NCBI GenBank assembly: GCA_964016885.1
Contig: OZ024741.1
Coordinates: 144,522,001 to 144,586,000, forward strand
From: Eledone cirrhosa
Taxonomy: Eukaryota
Length of the DNA stretch: 64,000 bases
Direction of reading: 5' to 3'
The translations under genes and the position numbers were made by a program. Under the pieces are notes generated by a model, which searched no databases, had not been told where the DNA came from, and was given only the letters and a program-made list of their open reading frames with translations. This document shows, in pieces, positions 12,015 to 24,732 of this stretch (the stretch's first letter is position 1; every line of letters begins with the position of its first letter).

Positions 12015-13544
12015 GTGCCATTTTCATTAATTAACGTTCAATAACCATTAACTGTCGAGGTAATGAATATTAGCAGCAGCAGCAAAGCGTGTGTTTTAAC
12101 AAATTTAATTATCAAATGCAGTTATTTGATGTGATGTTCTGGGTAATATGATAATGAATATATGCATTGGCACGTGTAGTTTTATGGTAAATTGGTGAAC
12201 AGGTGCAGAGCTACGATGAAGATACCACCACTAAGCTGTTACGCTTCGTTTATTGAGTTTCTTTGCTGCAAAATCTTATCACTAAAAACGGGCTCATTCG
12301 CTGAAGGGGTAGTCAGTTTTCTAAATGTCGTTAGTCATTGGATGTTACCTGTCCACACGTGAAAGCGTGTGACTTCATTGACATAGTGTAGTAAAGAAGG
12401 ATGGAACTAAAAACTGTAAAGTATTTATTACAGTTGGTTACTTATCTTGCAAATTCAGCACTTGGTCCTCTCTAAATCAGCCGAAAATATTGCAACAAGA
12501 TTTTTGTTATTTTTCTTTCAAATAGAAATTAAATTTTACCCTCTGTTTCCGCTTCAGACTAAGATTTTTCCAACCTCAATGACATTATGAATTAGATATG
12601 TGTCATCATGATAGTGAAGAGAAGAGGTGTGGCGTAGGGTTTATAGTGTTCACTTTGCGTATTTGAGTAAGATGCTTTATTTTACCTTGTTCCAGTGTCC
12701 GCAGATGTCAAATTTTAACTTGTACTTATAATTCAAAGGACCAACCTTGTTATACACAATTTCCTACCGAATCTCGCTGAGAACTACTTCCTACCGTTAC
12801 GACAACAATCTCTATTCCACTGAAATAAGAGGTCATATAACCCCCTCGATGCTCACTTGACACATCTCTACATGGTTGCTCGATTTCTTAGAATATATCT
12901 CGCTCAAATCACAGCCTACCGCCTTAATGACGGAAATCTATATGGAATAATGTAGTCCTATATACAGAGTGGGCCATAATTAGCTTGCTAGCTTACTGTT
13001 AAGAAATGTTAATAAAAAAGAAACCACGGTGATACTAAACTTCAGTCCAAAAGAAATACTTGGACAATTCATGTAAATTTATATAATTATATTAGATATT
13101 TGAAAGCGCGCCTGCTATGGCCGGTCCTCTATGCGAGCCCAGAGAAAGACAGGAATATCGTGACTGGAATGCTTTTGAGGATATGTAGGTCTGCTGAATG
13201 AGTGGCTAAACAACATCAAAACTACAATAACGTTAGTCTAGTGGGAACTGAGGTTCATCGCTAGGCTTTGGACTTCAGTATATTCGGGGAGGGCATTCTT
13301 ATTCACAATAATTCTGAAGTGAAATTTCGGAATAGGGATTTCACCGTACGTTTGTCTAAATAGAAGAGTACACCATTGAAAGGTAGGGCTGGGGGAAGAG
13401 TAGTTCTATCAAGTATCCCACACGTCCCCGCCCTCGGCGACGGGCCTTTGTGAACTTGTCATAAGGCCATAAAGACAACACCGTGAAAAAAAGGTAGCCA
13501 TTACCTAATGAGCATCCCCGTTTAAATATATAACTAAGATAGTT

Positions 13545-13725
13545 GTTTCTACTTTTGGCACAAGGCCAGCAATCACCCAGTACATTACTGGTACTTTATT
13601 TTATCGACCTCGTAAGGATGAAAGGAAAAGTTAACCTCAACGGGATTTGAACTCAGACCGTAAAGGGACGTAACTATGCTGGAAAGCATGGCGTCCGACC
13701 CTCTACCGATACTGTCAATTCACCA
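13545..13725 (-). mobile_element. Meta-type SINE copy
   Basis: Same diagnostic core and tRNA head as the 7520 copy. Confidence 0.85.
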
Positions 13726-15241
13726 GTGATTGTCAATCTGTCAATCTGTTAACAAGATTATAAAATGCTGTTTGTCAAACTGCTACCTCCTGTGTCATCA
13801 TATCATAACAAAAACGAACAACTGGGGAGAAGTCCCAAAGTTTCTGAAGCTCAACTGAATTTATATTTAAATATGAAAGCCTTCCTTTCTTACTTTCGTG
13901 GACCCTGAAGTCCTGGTGAAGTCGCAAGGCCACCATTTTGACATACGGTGTATTTGGGCATTTTTTAAAACCTGCCAGAGCCTGTCCCTCTTCAGGCTTG
14001 AACACAGCCAATTTATTCGAGGTTAAAATATTCCTAAGACATCTACTGTACACCGTATCTCTGCATATCGTAAAAGACAGCTAAAATGGTTGGGTCAAGA
14101 TGGGCAACAAGCTGTAAAATATTTCTTCAAAAAGGACTCCACGTGGGCTCATAAAGCTAACCATTGCTCTAACAAAGGATTGGTCCTAAATGTCAAGACG
14201 AAGAGCCAACCTCTGTATTGGTACTTTATTTATCGAATAACAAAGGATGAAAGACAATTCCTGAAAATATGATCATCTGATCATATAGTTCAAATGCAAT
14301 CAAGATATTAACAAACATTAAAAATTAATTATAGTAGAAAAATAACAAATGATTTCAAAATAACTGATTTTTTTTTCAGTGGATAAAAAAATAAATTGAA
14401 TTTTGTTTTTATTAAATAGCTTCTGGATTTATTTATTTATCTTTATTATTTTTGTTTGCTTCATATTTGCTTTAAAATATATTAATTCCTAAAATTAACA
14501 CGGGACTACAAATTGACTTATTTTATCAACTCCAAAAAGATGAAAAGCAAACTTGACCCTCGGCATATTCGTTCCAGCTGAGTTCAAATCCCGCAAAGAT
14601 CAACTTTGCCGTTCATCTTCTAGAGGTTGATAAATCAAGTACCAGTCCAGTGCTGGGATCGATTTTTCCTCTATATCTCCCCCTCTCTCTTTCCCCCACA
14701 CACACTTTCCCTCTTTGTTTCCTTCCTTCTCTGGAAGAAATCAACTGTGTTCAAACATGGAGAAGGGATGAACTCTGCCAGGCTTAAAGTTCCGTGGATT
14801 CGCCATATGTCACAGTGGCACCCTTAAGACTCCATCAGGATTTATGGGTGCATACAGTCATACAAGATAACTTATATTCTTTTTTTAATGGCGTGTGTTT
14901 TGTCTTCGTGAACCGTGAGGGGAGGCAAGTTCGACTCTATCAAAATCATCAGATTTTATCTCTCCTCATAGTTTACAGACACTCATCATGGTGGACTTTA
15001 CTATTCATCTCTTGCAGGATATAAAAAAATATAAGTACCAAACAAATTACTGGCGTCAACTAAACCTTACTAGCTAGTCCTTGTGTGAGTTTAATGGAGT
15101 CCACTTTGCTAAAGACATTCACGCTGAGGATAACTTCCTCTTTTCCCTACCACTAACTATAGAGGCTCTAAAAATAATTATTGGGCCCTTTTCCTTCGGA
15201 ATAAGAAAAAAGAAATTGAAGACTGTAGTGTAAAGATCGAA

Positions 15242-15308
15242 ACCAATAAAAGGGCGTGGTGAAAAAAAAACAAACTATGCTGTCAAAATAGCAGGAGGCA
15301 TATAAATA
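15242..15308 (+). promoter_or_regulatory. Possible Pol II core promoter: CCAAT, GC-box GGGCGTGG, TATAAATA
   Basis: CCAAT at 15243, GGGCGTGG at 15252 and TATAAATA at 15301, in canonical order. No transcript evidence. Confidence 0.3.
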
Positions 15309-15811
15309 GCTGTGTACTATTTTCTAAACTCGTACTGTGTCTACATTTCAACTGTATTTCCCCACCTTCCAGTTTCCTACTCGTCTTTCAAATTGTTTGC
15401 ATTCTTTACATCAGATTTATTTTGAAAATTACATTACACCCTCTTGTGTTTCTTCAAGTCTTTATTTCAAAGTATTAAAGCTAAGAGCTGATTGTCCTAC
15501 GTAGATATATTTCAGACCTGTTTCTCAGATCTGCTAACCTTGCAAACAAGACAAGTTGTGCTTGTTTCTAGATTTATTTACTTCACCCCTCCTGCTAAAT
15601 AAACATCATTTTACTGATCATACTGATAATGATAACAAACTTATATTTTGATTTCCGATTGTTATTTTTTAAGTGATTGAGAAGAGAATGAAGAGATTGA
15701 AAGTGGGAGCTGGGGACGTTGGTGGTGGTGGGGATGGGTGGGGGGAATAAAATTCGTAAACAATCCTTGACATTAATACCTGATTGGTAGCGTTACTACT
15801 GCAGGACACTG

Positions 15812-16520
15812 GGGCTGGTAGCTTTGTTAATGGAGGACGTTTTAGTTGGTAGCTTTGTTAATGGAGGACGTTTTAGTTGGTAGCTTTGTTAATGGAGGAT
15901 GTTAGGGTTGGTTGCTTTGTTAATGAAGGATGTTAGGGTTGGTTGCTTTGTTAATGGAGGATGTTAGGGCTGGTAGCTTTGTTAATGGAGGACGTTTTAG
16001 TTGGTAGCTTTGTTAATGGAGGACGTTTTAGTTGGTAGCTTTGTTAATGGAGGATGTTAGGGTTGGTTGCTTTGTTAATGGAGGACTTTTTAGTTAGTAG
16101 CTTTGTTAATGGAGGACGTTTTAGTTGGTAGCTTTGTTAATGGAGGATGTTAGGGTTGGTTGCTTTGTTAATGGAGGATGTTAGGGTTGGTTGCTTTGTT
16201 AATGGAGGATGTTAGGGTTGGTTGCTTTGTTAATGGAGGACTTTTTAGTTAGTAGCTTTGTTAATGGAGGATGTTTTAGTTGGTAGCTTTGTTAATGGAG
16301 GATGTTAGGGTTGGTTGCTTTGTTAATGGAGGATGTTAGGGTTGGTTGCTTTGTTAATGGAGGACTTTTTAGTTAGTAGCTTTGTTAATGGAGGACTTTT
16401 TAGTTAGTAGGTTTGTTAATGGAGGACGTTTTAGTTGGTAGCTTTGTTAATGGAGTACATTAGAGTTGTTAATGGAGTACGATAGGATCGGTTGCTTTGT
16501 TAATGGAGGATTTGGGGATT
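15812..16520. repeat. 31-bp minisatellite, about 22 copies, with two to three unit variants
   Basis: Units gctttgttaatggaggacgttttagttggta and gctttgttaatggaggatgttagggttggtt. Confidence 0.95.
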
Positions 16521-16869
16521 TGTGACGATGTTATTGAAATATGTTGATAATTTTCTTACTGAAGCGTGTAAGCTGCATTGGTAACAGATTATCATGATAA
16601 AGTAAATTATAAGATATTATTCTCGATATAATCATCGTTCAACTCTTCAATCTGATTCATGACAGCCATCAAAGAATGTCATCATTGTCAAAGCACATTC
16701 CATACGACATGCTCTGAATGTTACAGAGTACTTGTAGTAAGGCGCTATACACAAGAGTTCTCGAGTGTTACAGCTTACTCCACAAAACAGTTGTAAATGT
16801 TAACAGCATTCACCAATAGATAAAATGTTATTCACTGACAATCCACCACCTATGGCCAACAGACGCACT

Positions 16870-17267
16870 GTTGGTCGTGAATAAAATAAAGAGTTTTAAT
16901 AGATATCCTTGCTACTAACTAGGTCGTGAATTAGATAAAATGTTTTACAGGAAGATATCCTTGCTACTTGGTTGTGAATTAGATAGAATATCTTAATATA
17001 TCATTTGTGCTAGGTTGTGAGTTAGATATAATATTTTAATAGATAGGAGGTAGTGAATTAGATAGAATGTTTTAAGAGATATCCTTGGTTCTAGGTCGAG
17101 AATTAGATAAAATGTTTTACAGGAAGATATCCTTGCTATTAGTTCGTGAATTATTGAGAATATTTTAACATATTGCTAATAGGTAATGAATTAGATAGAA
17201 TGTTTTAACAAATACATATCCTTGCTACAAGGTCGTAAATTACATAGTATATTTTAATAGATAGACA
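16870..17267. repeat. Degenerate ~45-55-bp tandem repeat
   Basis: Recurring ggtcgtgaattagata...atgtttta...gatatccttgcta, with a further copy at about 17818-17868. Confidence 0.75.
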
Positions 17268-17675
17268 TGTAGGGAAATAAATGTTTTCCGACGGTTTCTC
17301 TCGCAGACATGGCCAACAAAATGTGACCTGCGACCCCGTTCAGAGGACAACACATAAATTCTCCGGCAGCTAGATATTATGACACCATTCCTATGAGGGA
17401 CAACATATAATGAGACCATCTGTTATTTATCAAAAGTAACTAGCCGTCAACATAAATAGGCTGTCCAGTGATCCCGACACTCAGAGAGAATAATCTGCTA
17501 TTGAAGGAGACGACACAGTTCCTTATCACTGCGCTTTAACTACTATCTATGCTGATTATACTGATTGACTATAACTTGGCACCTTCTACTTCAGCATAGC
17601 ACATAAAACAAAGCATCCCCAACAAAACGAAAGAACTTCCCAAACTCCGTATTCATTTCTGAATGTTTCCATACA
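17268..17675 (+). mobile_element. Possible solo LTR
   Basis: TGTAGGGAAA...TTTCCATACA inverted ends and an internal TATA-like cataaata. A diverged relative lies at about 27708-27970. No TSD seen. Confidence 0.4.
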
Positions 17676-17878
17676 ACTTTGTATTTTTATGATTTGTAGT
17701 AATCACATTCTTTTTAACTTTTTTTTTTACTGATCTGAAGTAAATTTTATATCTCACCCAAATTACTTTATTTGTCGCGTTTATTGATCTTCAACAACAC
17801 CCACTAACGTCGCTTCAGATATCCATGCTATTAGGTCGTGAATTAGATAGTATGTTTTAATAGACATATAGATAATAT

Positions 17879-17970
<92 letters not shown>

Positions 17971-18033
17971 GGAACAAGTATGACCTCGACGGCAGAGCTC
18001 AAGCCGTTTCGACGACCTATAATATATATATGA

Positions 18034-18091
<58 letters not shown>

Positions 18092-18236
18092 ATATATATA
18101 TATGATATAATACACACACTTATCTTAATAGCCATTTGACACACATCCCTGCTAACCATTATCACAACATCGAACACCTTACTACTACTACACACACACA
18201 CACACACATATTTGTTGTGAAAGAGTCATTTCTCAA

Positions 18237-18481
18237 TCTTGGCGCAAAACCAATTTTTTATTCACATGACCTCTACCGACCAATCAAAATTGTTTTGATC
18301 ACAAGAATTTTTGCAAACACCAAGTAGCCCTGGAGCCACTTTTTTAACATGAAAACAGTCTTGGCGAAAAATCAATTTTTTACATTCACATGACCTCTAC
18401 CGACCAATCAAAATTGTTTGACCACAAGAATTTTTGCAACACCAAAGTAGCGCTGGGGCCACTTTTTTAACATAAAAACAG
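18237..18481. repeat. Tandem duplication of a ~121-bp unit
   Basis: cttggcg...attcacatgacctctaccgaccaatcaaaattg...ccacttttttaacat.aaaacag occurs twice. Confidence 0.85.
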
Positions 18482-18736
18482 GTAGAATTCCCAAAACTAA
18501 TCAGATCAGAGCAAACAACACGGACACTCTATCTCAAAATTATTTTTGAAAAGCATTTAGAAATGCGCAACCGGTAAAAACTTAAAAACTTAAAACCACA
18601 ACTGAATACTAACCCATACAATTACTAATACTCTTTTATTCCTAATTAAACCATTTTTCAACTGTGAACAATTTGTCAGCATTTTCTATTCCGTTTACCA
18701 ATATATAATAACTTGTGTGTTACACCTCTATTCTTT

Positions 18737-18781
<45 letters not shown>

Positions 18782-19253
18782 ATACTTGGGGAGGGTCATA
18801 TTGTTATAATATTGCCAGAAATAATAACAGAACACACTCACTGTTTGATTGGTTTTCGCTTCTGTATCTTTTATATCTCCATTGTTAATTTATTTGGCAG
18901 TCAATGTTTAAACCCTTTTTGGATTAACTCCCTTTCCCTTCTCCTCCCCCATTCTCTCTATCCCTCTTACTCATTCCCTCTGTAATCTACCCCCTCTCAC
19001 TTCCGGTTTCTCCCTCTTTCTCTCTCTCTACACTCACTTTACTGAGAATCGCCACGGAAAAACCTAGCTCCTCTGTTAATATGGCCACCGGGCTTATACC
19101 CATCGGCTTGGTATAACTTGATCTATTTTCTCTTCGGTTACTTACATACATGTGCCATTGTCATGTGTTCCCCCTTCTATCGGTATGTTTACTTCGTTTT
19201 TTTTCTTTTTCTTCTTCCCTTTTTCTTTCTTCCTCTCTCTTCACTATCACTTC

Positions 19254-19364
19254 TTTCCCTCGTGGCCTTTTGATAGATAAAAGGTTATGGGCGCGCTACG
19301 GATCGATGTTCTGTTTTAAGCGCCGAAACATCCGAGATCCGTAGTAAACAGTTGACGAAGGAAA
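19254..19364 (+). ncRNA. Non-circularly permuted hammerhead, copy B (core C3 mutated to U)
   Basis: TTTCC/GGAAA; hairpin 19261-19289; stem II GGCGC/GCGCC; CTACGGATC-GATGT/ACATC-GATCCGTAG; stem I CTGTTT/AAACAG. GAAA at 19325 and TTGACGA at 19352. Confidence 0.7.
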
Positions 19365-19449
19365 CTTTTCTTCGCTTGTTTGTGTTCCGATTTCCTTCTA
19401 ACACTTCGTTTTCAGTAACCACACAGCCTCGCCTCCTAACCCGCTTTTT

Positions 19450-19502
<53 letters not shown>

Positions 19503-19549
19503 ATTTATATATTATATATATATATATTATATATATTATATATAAAGGG

Positions 19550-19665
19550 CGGGGAGTTCAAATCCCGCCGAGGTTAACTTTGCCTTTCATCCTTACGGGG
19601 TCGATAAAATAAAGTACCAGTAATGTAGTGGGTAATTGCTGGCCTTGTGCCTAAAGTAGAAACAA
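19550..19665 (+). mobile_element. 5'-truncated Meta-type SINE
   Basis: B-box plus Meta core. Confidence 0.8.
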
Positions 19666-19682
19666 TTATATATATAATATTT

Positions 19683-20793
19683 GTTGTCACTGGTAGTTGC
19701 TGCAGTGGATTAAATGTTTCCCTTCAAACAGAGCCCAACATGTTGTAGTCAAAGGAGTACAATCCAGCCCTGCCAAAGTCAGTAATGGTGTCCTACATGG
19801 TATTGTGTTGGGTCCACTTCTTTTCATTATCTATATGAATGACATTACTGACATCATCAAGCACAGTGGCAGATGGTTCCAAGTTCCAGAAGGTCATCAA
19901 TGGAGGGGGTGACAGGATATGCCGCCAATCAGATCTACTGGCTGTTATCCAATGGGCAAAAATGAACAATATGCTGCTGAACGAGGATAAATTTGAGTTA
20001 ATACACTTTGGAAAAAAGGATGCCCTGAAACTCTCATACTCCCTTCCTTCAGGTGAAACTCTCATGGTATCCAACTTGGGAGTAATTGTGGACAACAACA
20101 TAAGCTGGGCCACTCATATAAACCGCAAAGTTGACATGGCCCGCAGAACGTGTTCCTGGATTCTCAGAACCTTCCAGTCGAGAGATACCCACACTATTAT
20201 CCTTCTCTTCTCTACTTTTGCCGGCCCTACCTTGAATACTGTTGTCCGCTGTGGTCTCCCCACACGAAACAAAGTATCATGAAAATTGAAGCTCCTCAAA
20301 GGTCAATCACGAAAAAGATAGCTAGCATGACAGGCCTTAACTATTGGGGTCGACTAGAAAAACTCAAACTTTATTCTCCCCAACGCTGCCGTGAGCGCTA
20401 CATTATCTGCAAGATGTGGAAAATATTCCATCGGCATTTCCCAAATGATGTTGGCATCACCTTTAAACTACACCCAAGGTTTGGGCCACGTGCTATCCGC
20501 CCATAACAAAAATCAAACCCTCATCTCATAACAACAATACGGCACAATTTTTTCACCTCAATTGACCCCTCTTTAACACTACACCAAAACACATTAAAAC
20601 AGAAACAGACCCCATAAAGTTCAAGAAGTCATTGGAGAAATTCCTTTAAAAAATCCTACACCTGCTACACCCGGATATGCCTCCGTAAACAATAACTCTC
20701 TACTTGAGTGGGCCATGGTGCCCAAATCCTGATCTGAAAGACTTCGCCAGGTGGTGGTATTAAGTTAGACATGGCCTGGGCCAATACTGGCCG

Positions 20794-20796
<3 letters not shown>
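19683..20796 (+). mobile_element. 5'-truncated CR1-clade LINE (RT and C-terminus) inserted in (TA)n
   Basis: LLQWIKCFPSNRAQHVVVKG..SNGVLHGIVLGPLLFIIYMND; NNMLLNEDKFELIHFG; RPYLEYCCPLWSP; NYWGRLEKLKLYS. Multiple frameshifts. Confidence 0.9.
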
Positions 20797-20878
<82 letters not shown>

Positions 20879-20885
<7 letters not shown>

Positions 20886-21380
20886 ATACTTGGGGAGGGT
20901 CATATTTGTGTAATATTGCCAGAATTAATAACAGAACACACTCACTGTTTGGTTGGTTTTCGCTTTTCGCTTCTGTGTCTTTTATATCGGTAATCTAATT
21001 TATTCGGTCCTCAATGTGGCCATTGATTGACCAACGATAGCGTAGAAAATACAATACAACGGGAGGAAACAATAGCACCACTGACGATGTTGCAGATGTG
21101 CAACGAAAGAACTTTGATAAACTATATATATGTGTTTGTGTCTATATTGTATCTGTATTATTTTTAACCGTTGGTCAGTCAATGGCAACATTGAGGACCG
21201 AATAAATTAGATTACCGATATAAAAGACACAGAAGCGAAAAGCGAAAACTAACCAAACAGTGAGTGTAGTCTGTTATTAATTCTGGCAATATTACACAAA
21301 TATGACCCTCCCCAAGTATAACAATATTTGTTTCGACACACGATTTCATATCAAAAACCTCGCAAAACTAATTCATCGCC
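20879..21380. mobile_element. Foldback fragment of a Penelope-like pLTR family (~157-bp inverted arms around a hammerhead)
   Basis: Arms at 20879-21036 and 21169-21326. Related copies at 18775-18915, 24040-24700 and 38640-39120. Shares the terminal motif atgaccctccc..a..ataacaa with the Penelope pLTR. Confidence 0.75.
21076..21119 (+). ncRNA. Minimal hammerhead motif in pLTR family (weak stem I)
   Basis: CTGACGA-T-GTTGCA(gatg)TGCAAC-GAAA-GAAC-TT. The same motif occurs at 24252-24295 and 38707-38758. Confidence 0.6.
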
Positions 21381-21617
21381 GTTATATATATATATATATA
21401 TATATATCGTTTCTGAATTTGTTTAGCAAAATTCTTTATCTGAAAACGTGTGTTGAAACCGATATTGTTATGCTTTGGGAGGGTCATGTTGCCAATAAGA
21501 AACACACGCACCAGTTACTTTCACTCCAATTTATTATAAATTAAATTTATAAATTTAAGAATTTATAAATTTCCGGTTGGTTGGTTGGTTCCATAACCGG
21601 ACGGTTGTTCATATATT

Positions 21618-21660
21618 GTCAAAATTCTTTCGTCACACATTCTGTGACCTCTTCAGTGTC
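21618..21660 (-). ncRNA. Hammerhead in the Penelope 3' pLTR (sense to the ORF)
   Basis: GACA-CUGAAGA-G-GUCACA(gaaug)UGUGAC-GAAA-GAAU-UU-UGAC. Confidence 0.6.
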
Positions 21661-21844
21661 TGGGGATTCTTTTCTTTGTTTTGTGCCGCTCCTTTGTTCT
21701 GTACTACGCCATCTTGTCTTTGTGTGTGTTGTGTGCTTAGTTTGCGCATGTGATACATCCGGGTGTCTGTGTGTGTTTTTATTTGTTTATTTACATGTTA
21801 CTAGTTAGTTGTTTGTTTTATGCGTGTGTTTTCATTTTGTCCTT

Positions 21845-22800
21845 AATTGTAAGTTGTGATGTTGCTATTCCATTCATGTTTTCTATTTAACTTTGGTTGG
21901 AGTTCATTTATGTTTATTGCCTCTGTGATTTGTCTAAACATTGCGTCTTTTCTGAGTGTAGATTCTATTTTTATTTCTATGTTCTCTAATTTGCCCTTAT
22001 GTTCTATTGGTGGAGTATTGATGATTCTTTTTTATCTTGAAGTTCTCACCAGTGATCATTTAACCGTTCTCCTATGCTACGAGCTGTCTCACCTACGTAC
22101 ACTATATTCTTATCTTTACATTGTCCTTCAGTACATCTTATGCTATATACTACATTTCTAGTTTTACAGTTAATATGGGGGCTTAGTTTACAGATTATGC
22201 ATTTCTTATCTATACAGGGAGGTCTTTGAAAAGGGTATGTATTGCTAATAAGTGTTATTATGGAGGTACCTGGTCTTTCTACTATCTTAATATTAAGTTT
22301 AAGTTTATGTTTATCTAGGGCCCTTCTAAATTTGTAAGCTAATTCACCTCTAGGGGTTGTATTGATGAACATTACACTCTGGTATTTATTGCTATCATAC
22401 CATGAGTTTATCCTATTAACCTTATTCCTAGTTCTTTCTATTCTATTCCAAAATTTGCTCCTATACAAGGGGCAGGTCCCATTTATATCATTATTTACCA
22501 TTTTTTCCCATTTGGTTCTGGCTCCTCTATATACTCTGATTTTATCTCTCTGATTGTAACCAGAGAACTGCATACGGTGGATGAAGTGTTGTATGTGTCT
22601 CTCTAGTTCTTTGGGGTTGCACATGCGGGACACGTTTCTCATCACCCGTACTAAATCCGCAATCAGTATGTTGATTTTGGTGTGATTCGAAACAGCTGAG
22701 TTTCGGTGGATCAGATGTTTGGAAGTCATGGGTTTGGCATAATGGGAATGGAGGATTTGTTTTTTGTTATTAATGGTTTCTAACCAGAGCTCTGTGTCTA
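21845..22800 (-). pseudogene. Penelope RT C-terminus and GIY-YIG endonuclease (disrupted)
   Basis: ORF 22046-22729: ...CIDKKCIICKLSPHINCKTRNVVYSIRCTEGQCKDKNIVYVGETARSIGERLNDHW, a GIY-YIG motif preceded by a Cys cluster. Remnants continue past the stop (RQITEAINI..LQPKLN). Confidence 0.85.
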
Positions 22801-23011
22801 GTACAGGTTATTGATGGTTGGGGTGAAAACACACACACACATAGAACAAACAACTAACTAGTAACATGTAAATAAACAAATAAATAAACAAATAAAAACA
22901 CACACAGACACCCGGATGTAACACATGCGCAAACTAAGCACACAACACACAAAAACAAGATGGCGTAGTACAGAACAAAGGAGAGGCACAAAACAAAGAA
23001 AATAATCCCCA

Positions 23012-23054
23012 GTCACTGAAGAGGTCACATAATGTGTGACGAAAGAACTCTGAC
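23012..23054 (+). ncRNA. Hammerhead in the inverted Penelope pLTR
   Basis: GUCA-CUGAAGA-G-GUCACA(uaaug)UGUGAC-GAAA-GAAC-UC-UGAC. Intact core and 4-bp stem I. Confidence 0.75.
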
Positions 23055-23629
23055 AATATATGAACAACCGTCCGGTTATGGAACCAACCAACCAACCGGA
23101 AACTTATAAATTCTTAAATTTATATATTTAATTTATAATAAATTGGAGTGAAAGTAACTGGTGCGTGTGTTTCTTATTGGCAACATGACCCTCCCAAAGC
23201 ATAACAATATATATATATATAAATTTACATATAGGGAAGTGAATATGTGAGCTAGCATGTCCCCCCACACTTCCCCTCCCAGACCAATATCAACAACACA
23301 TCTTTGACAAATGTTCCCAAACTATCCTTCTTTTCTCTTTTTCCTGTCATTCCATTCTTATCAAAAGACATGTATCTTAAACCTCATTAAAACCCAGACA
23401 AGCACCTAATTTCATCTTTGATATAGAAATTTGTAGAAGATATTCTTTATGGATTTGGAAGAGTTGATTCAGCTATGCCATTATATACTCATCAAAGGTC
23501 AGATAATGAAATAAAATCAGCAGGAGAGTAGGTTTACGACCACCTTCTCAAACACCCTTATCTTACAACCTCACAATTTTTTTAGTGTATATATATATAT
23601 ATGTGTGTGTATGTGTGTGTGTACGTGTG

Positions 23630-23710
<81 letters not shown>

Positions 23711-24469
23711 CCGGACCTTCATCAACAATCATTAACACCACACCCCAGACACATCCAAATATCTCTTATATATAGTCACACATTTCAACACAACCTGATC
23801 TCAGTTTGACAATCGCCATAGACAGACGAATTCGAGAAAGTTCTCCAACCCAAGTTAACCAGGAATCTCTAAAATTCTTCCCACCGAAGTTAACAAAGAA
23901 CTTACTGGATCTACCAACTCATAATATTATAATATTATATTATAACATTAAATCATAAAATTGTTAACACTACAAATGAAGTCATTCTTTTCCTCTTTTA
24001 CAAATATACCTAACTGTACCAAGGATCTCACACATTTTCTAATATATATAACAACAAACACATATAAACACACACTAGTAAACTAAGATAGAATACAATA
24101 ACCAAAACACAGTCACCCAAACGCGAACACACACCAAATACTATACACACACGCAAACGCATGCGCAGACAAGAAGACAAAAATAAATAAATAAACAGAT
24201 TAAATAAAGATGGCGTAGATATACAATACAACAGGAGGAACATAATAATAACACCACTGACGATGTTGCAGACGCGCAACGAAAGAACTTTGTTAGACTA
24301 TATATATGTGTTTGTGTCTATATTATATCTGTATTTTTTTACAGTTGGTCAATCAATGGTAAAAATTGAGGAACGAATAAATTAACTGATATAAAAGATA
24401 CAGAAGCGAAAACCAACCAAACAGTGAGTGTGTTCTGTTATTAATTCTGGCAATATTATTACAACAATA

Positions 24470-24659
24470 GAGGTTTAGTGAATTGGCAGTATCGGTAGAG
24501 GGTCGGACGCCATGCTTTGACGCATAGAGTTACGGCCCTTGCCATTCTGAGTTCAAATCCCGCCGAGGTTAACTTTGCCTTTCATCCTTACGGGGTCGAT
24601 AAAATAAAGTACCAGTAATACACTGGGAAATTGCTGGCCTTGTGCCAAAAGTAGAAACA
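24470..24659 (+). mobile_element. Meta-type SINE nested in a pLTR-family copy; 18-bp TSD
   Basis: TSD aatattattacaacaata at 24452-24469 and 24660-24677; the host element resumes after it. Confidence 0.9.
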
Positions 24660-24694
24660 AATATTATTACAACAATATGACCCTCCCCAAGTAT

Positions 24695-24732
<38 letters not shown>

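Larger units (their letters stand above)
21420..23210 (-). mobile_element. 5'-truncated Penelope-like element with inverted pseudo-LTRs
   Basis: The ~370-bp arms at about 21461-21830 and 22826-23208 are inverted copies flanking an RT-thumb/GIY-YIG ORF. Confidence 0.9.

Noticed and set aside
15812-16520. CRISPR array or coding repeat
   Set aside because: No unique spacers, eukaryotic context, and a 31-bp unit that cycles into frames with stops.
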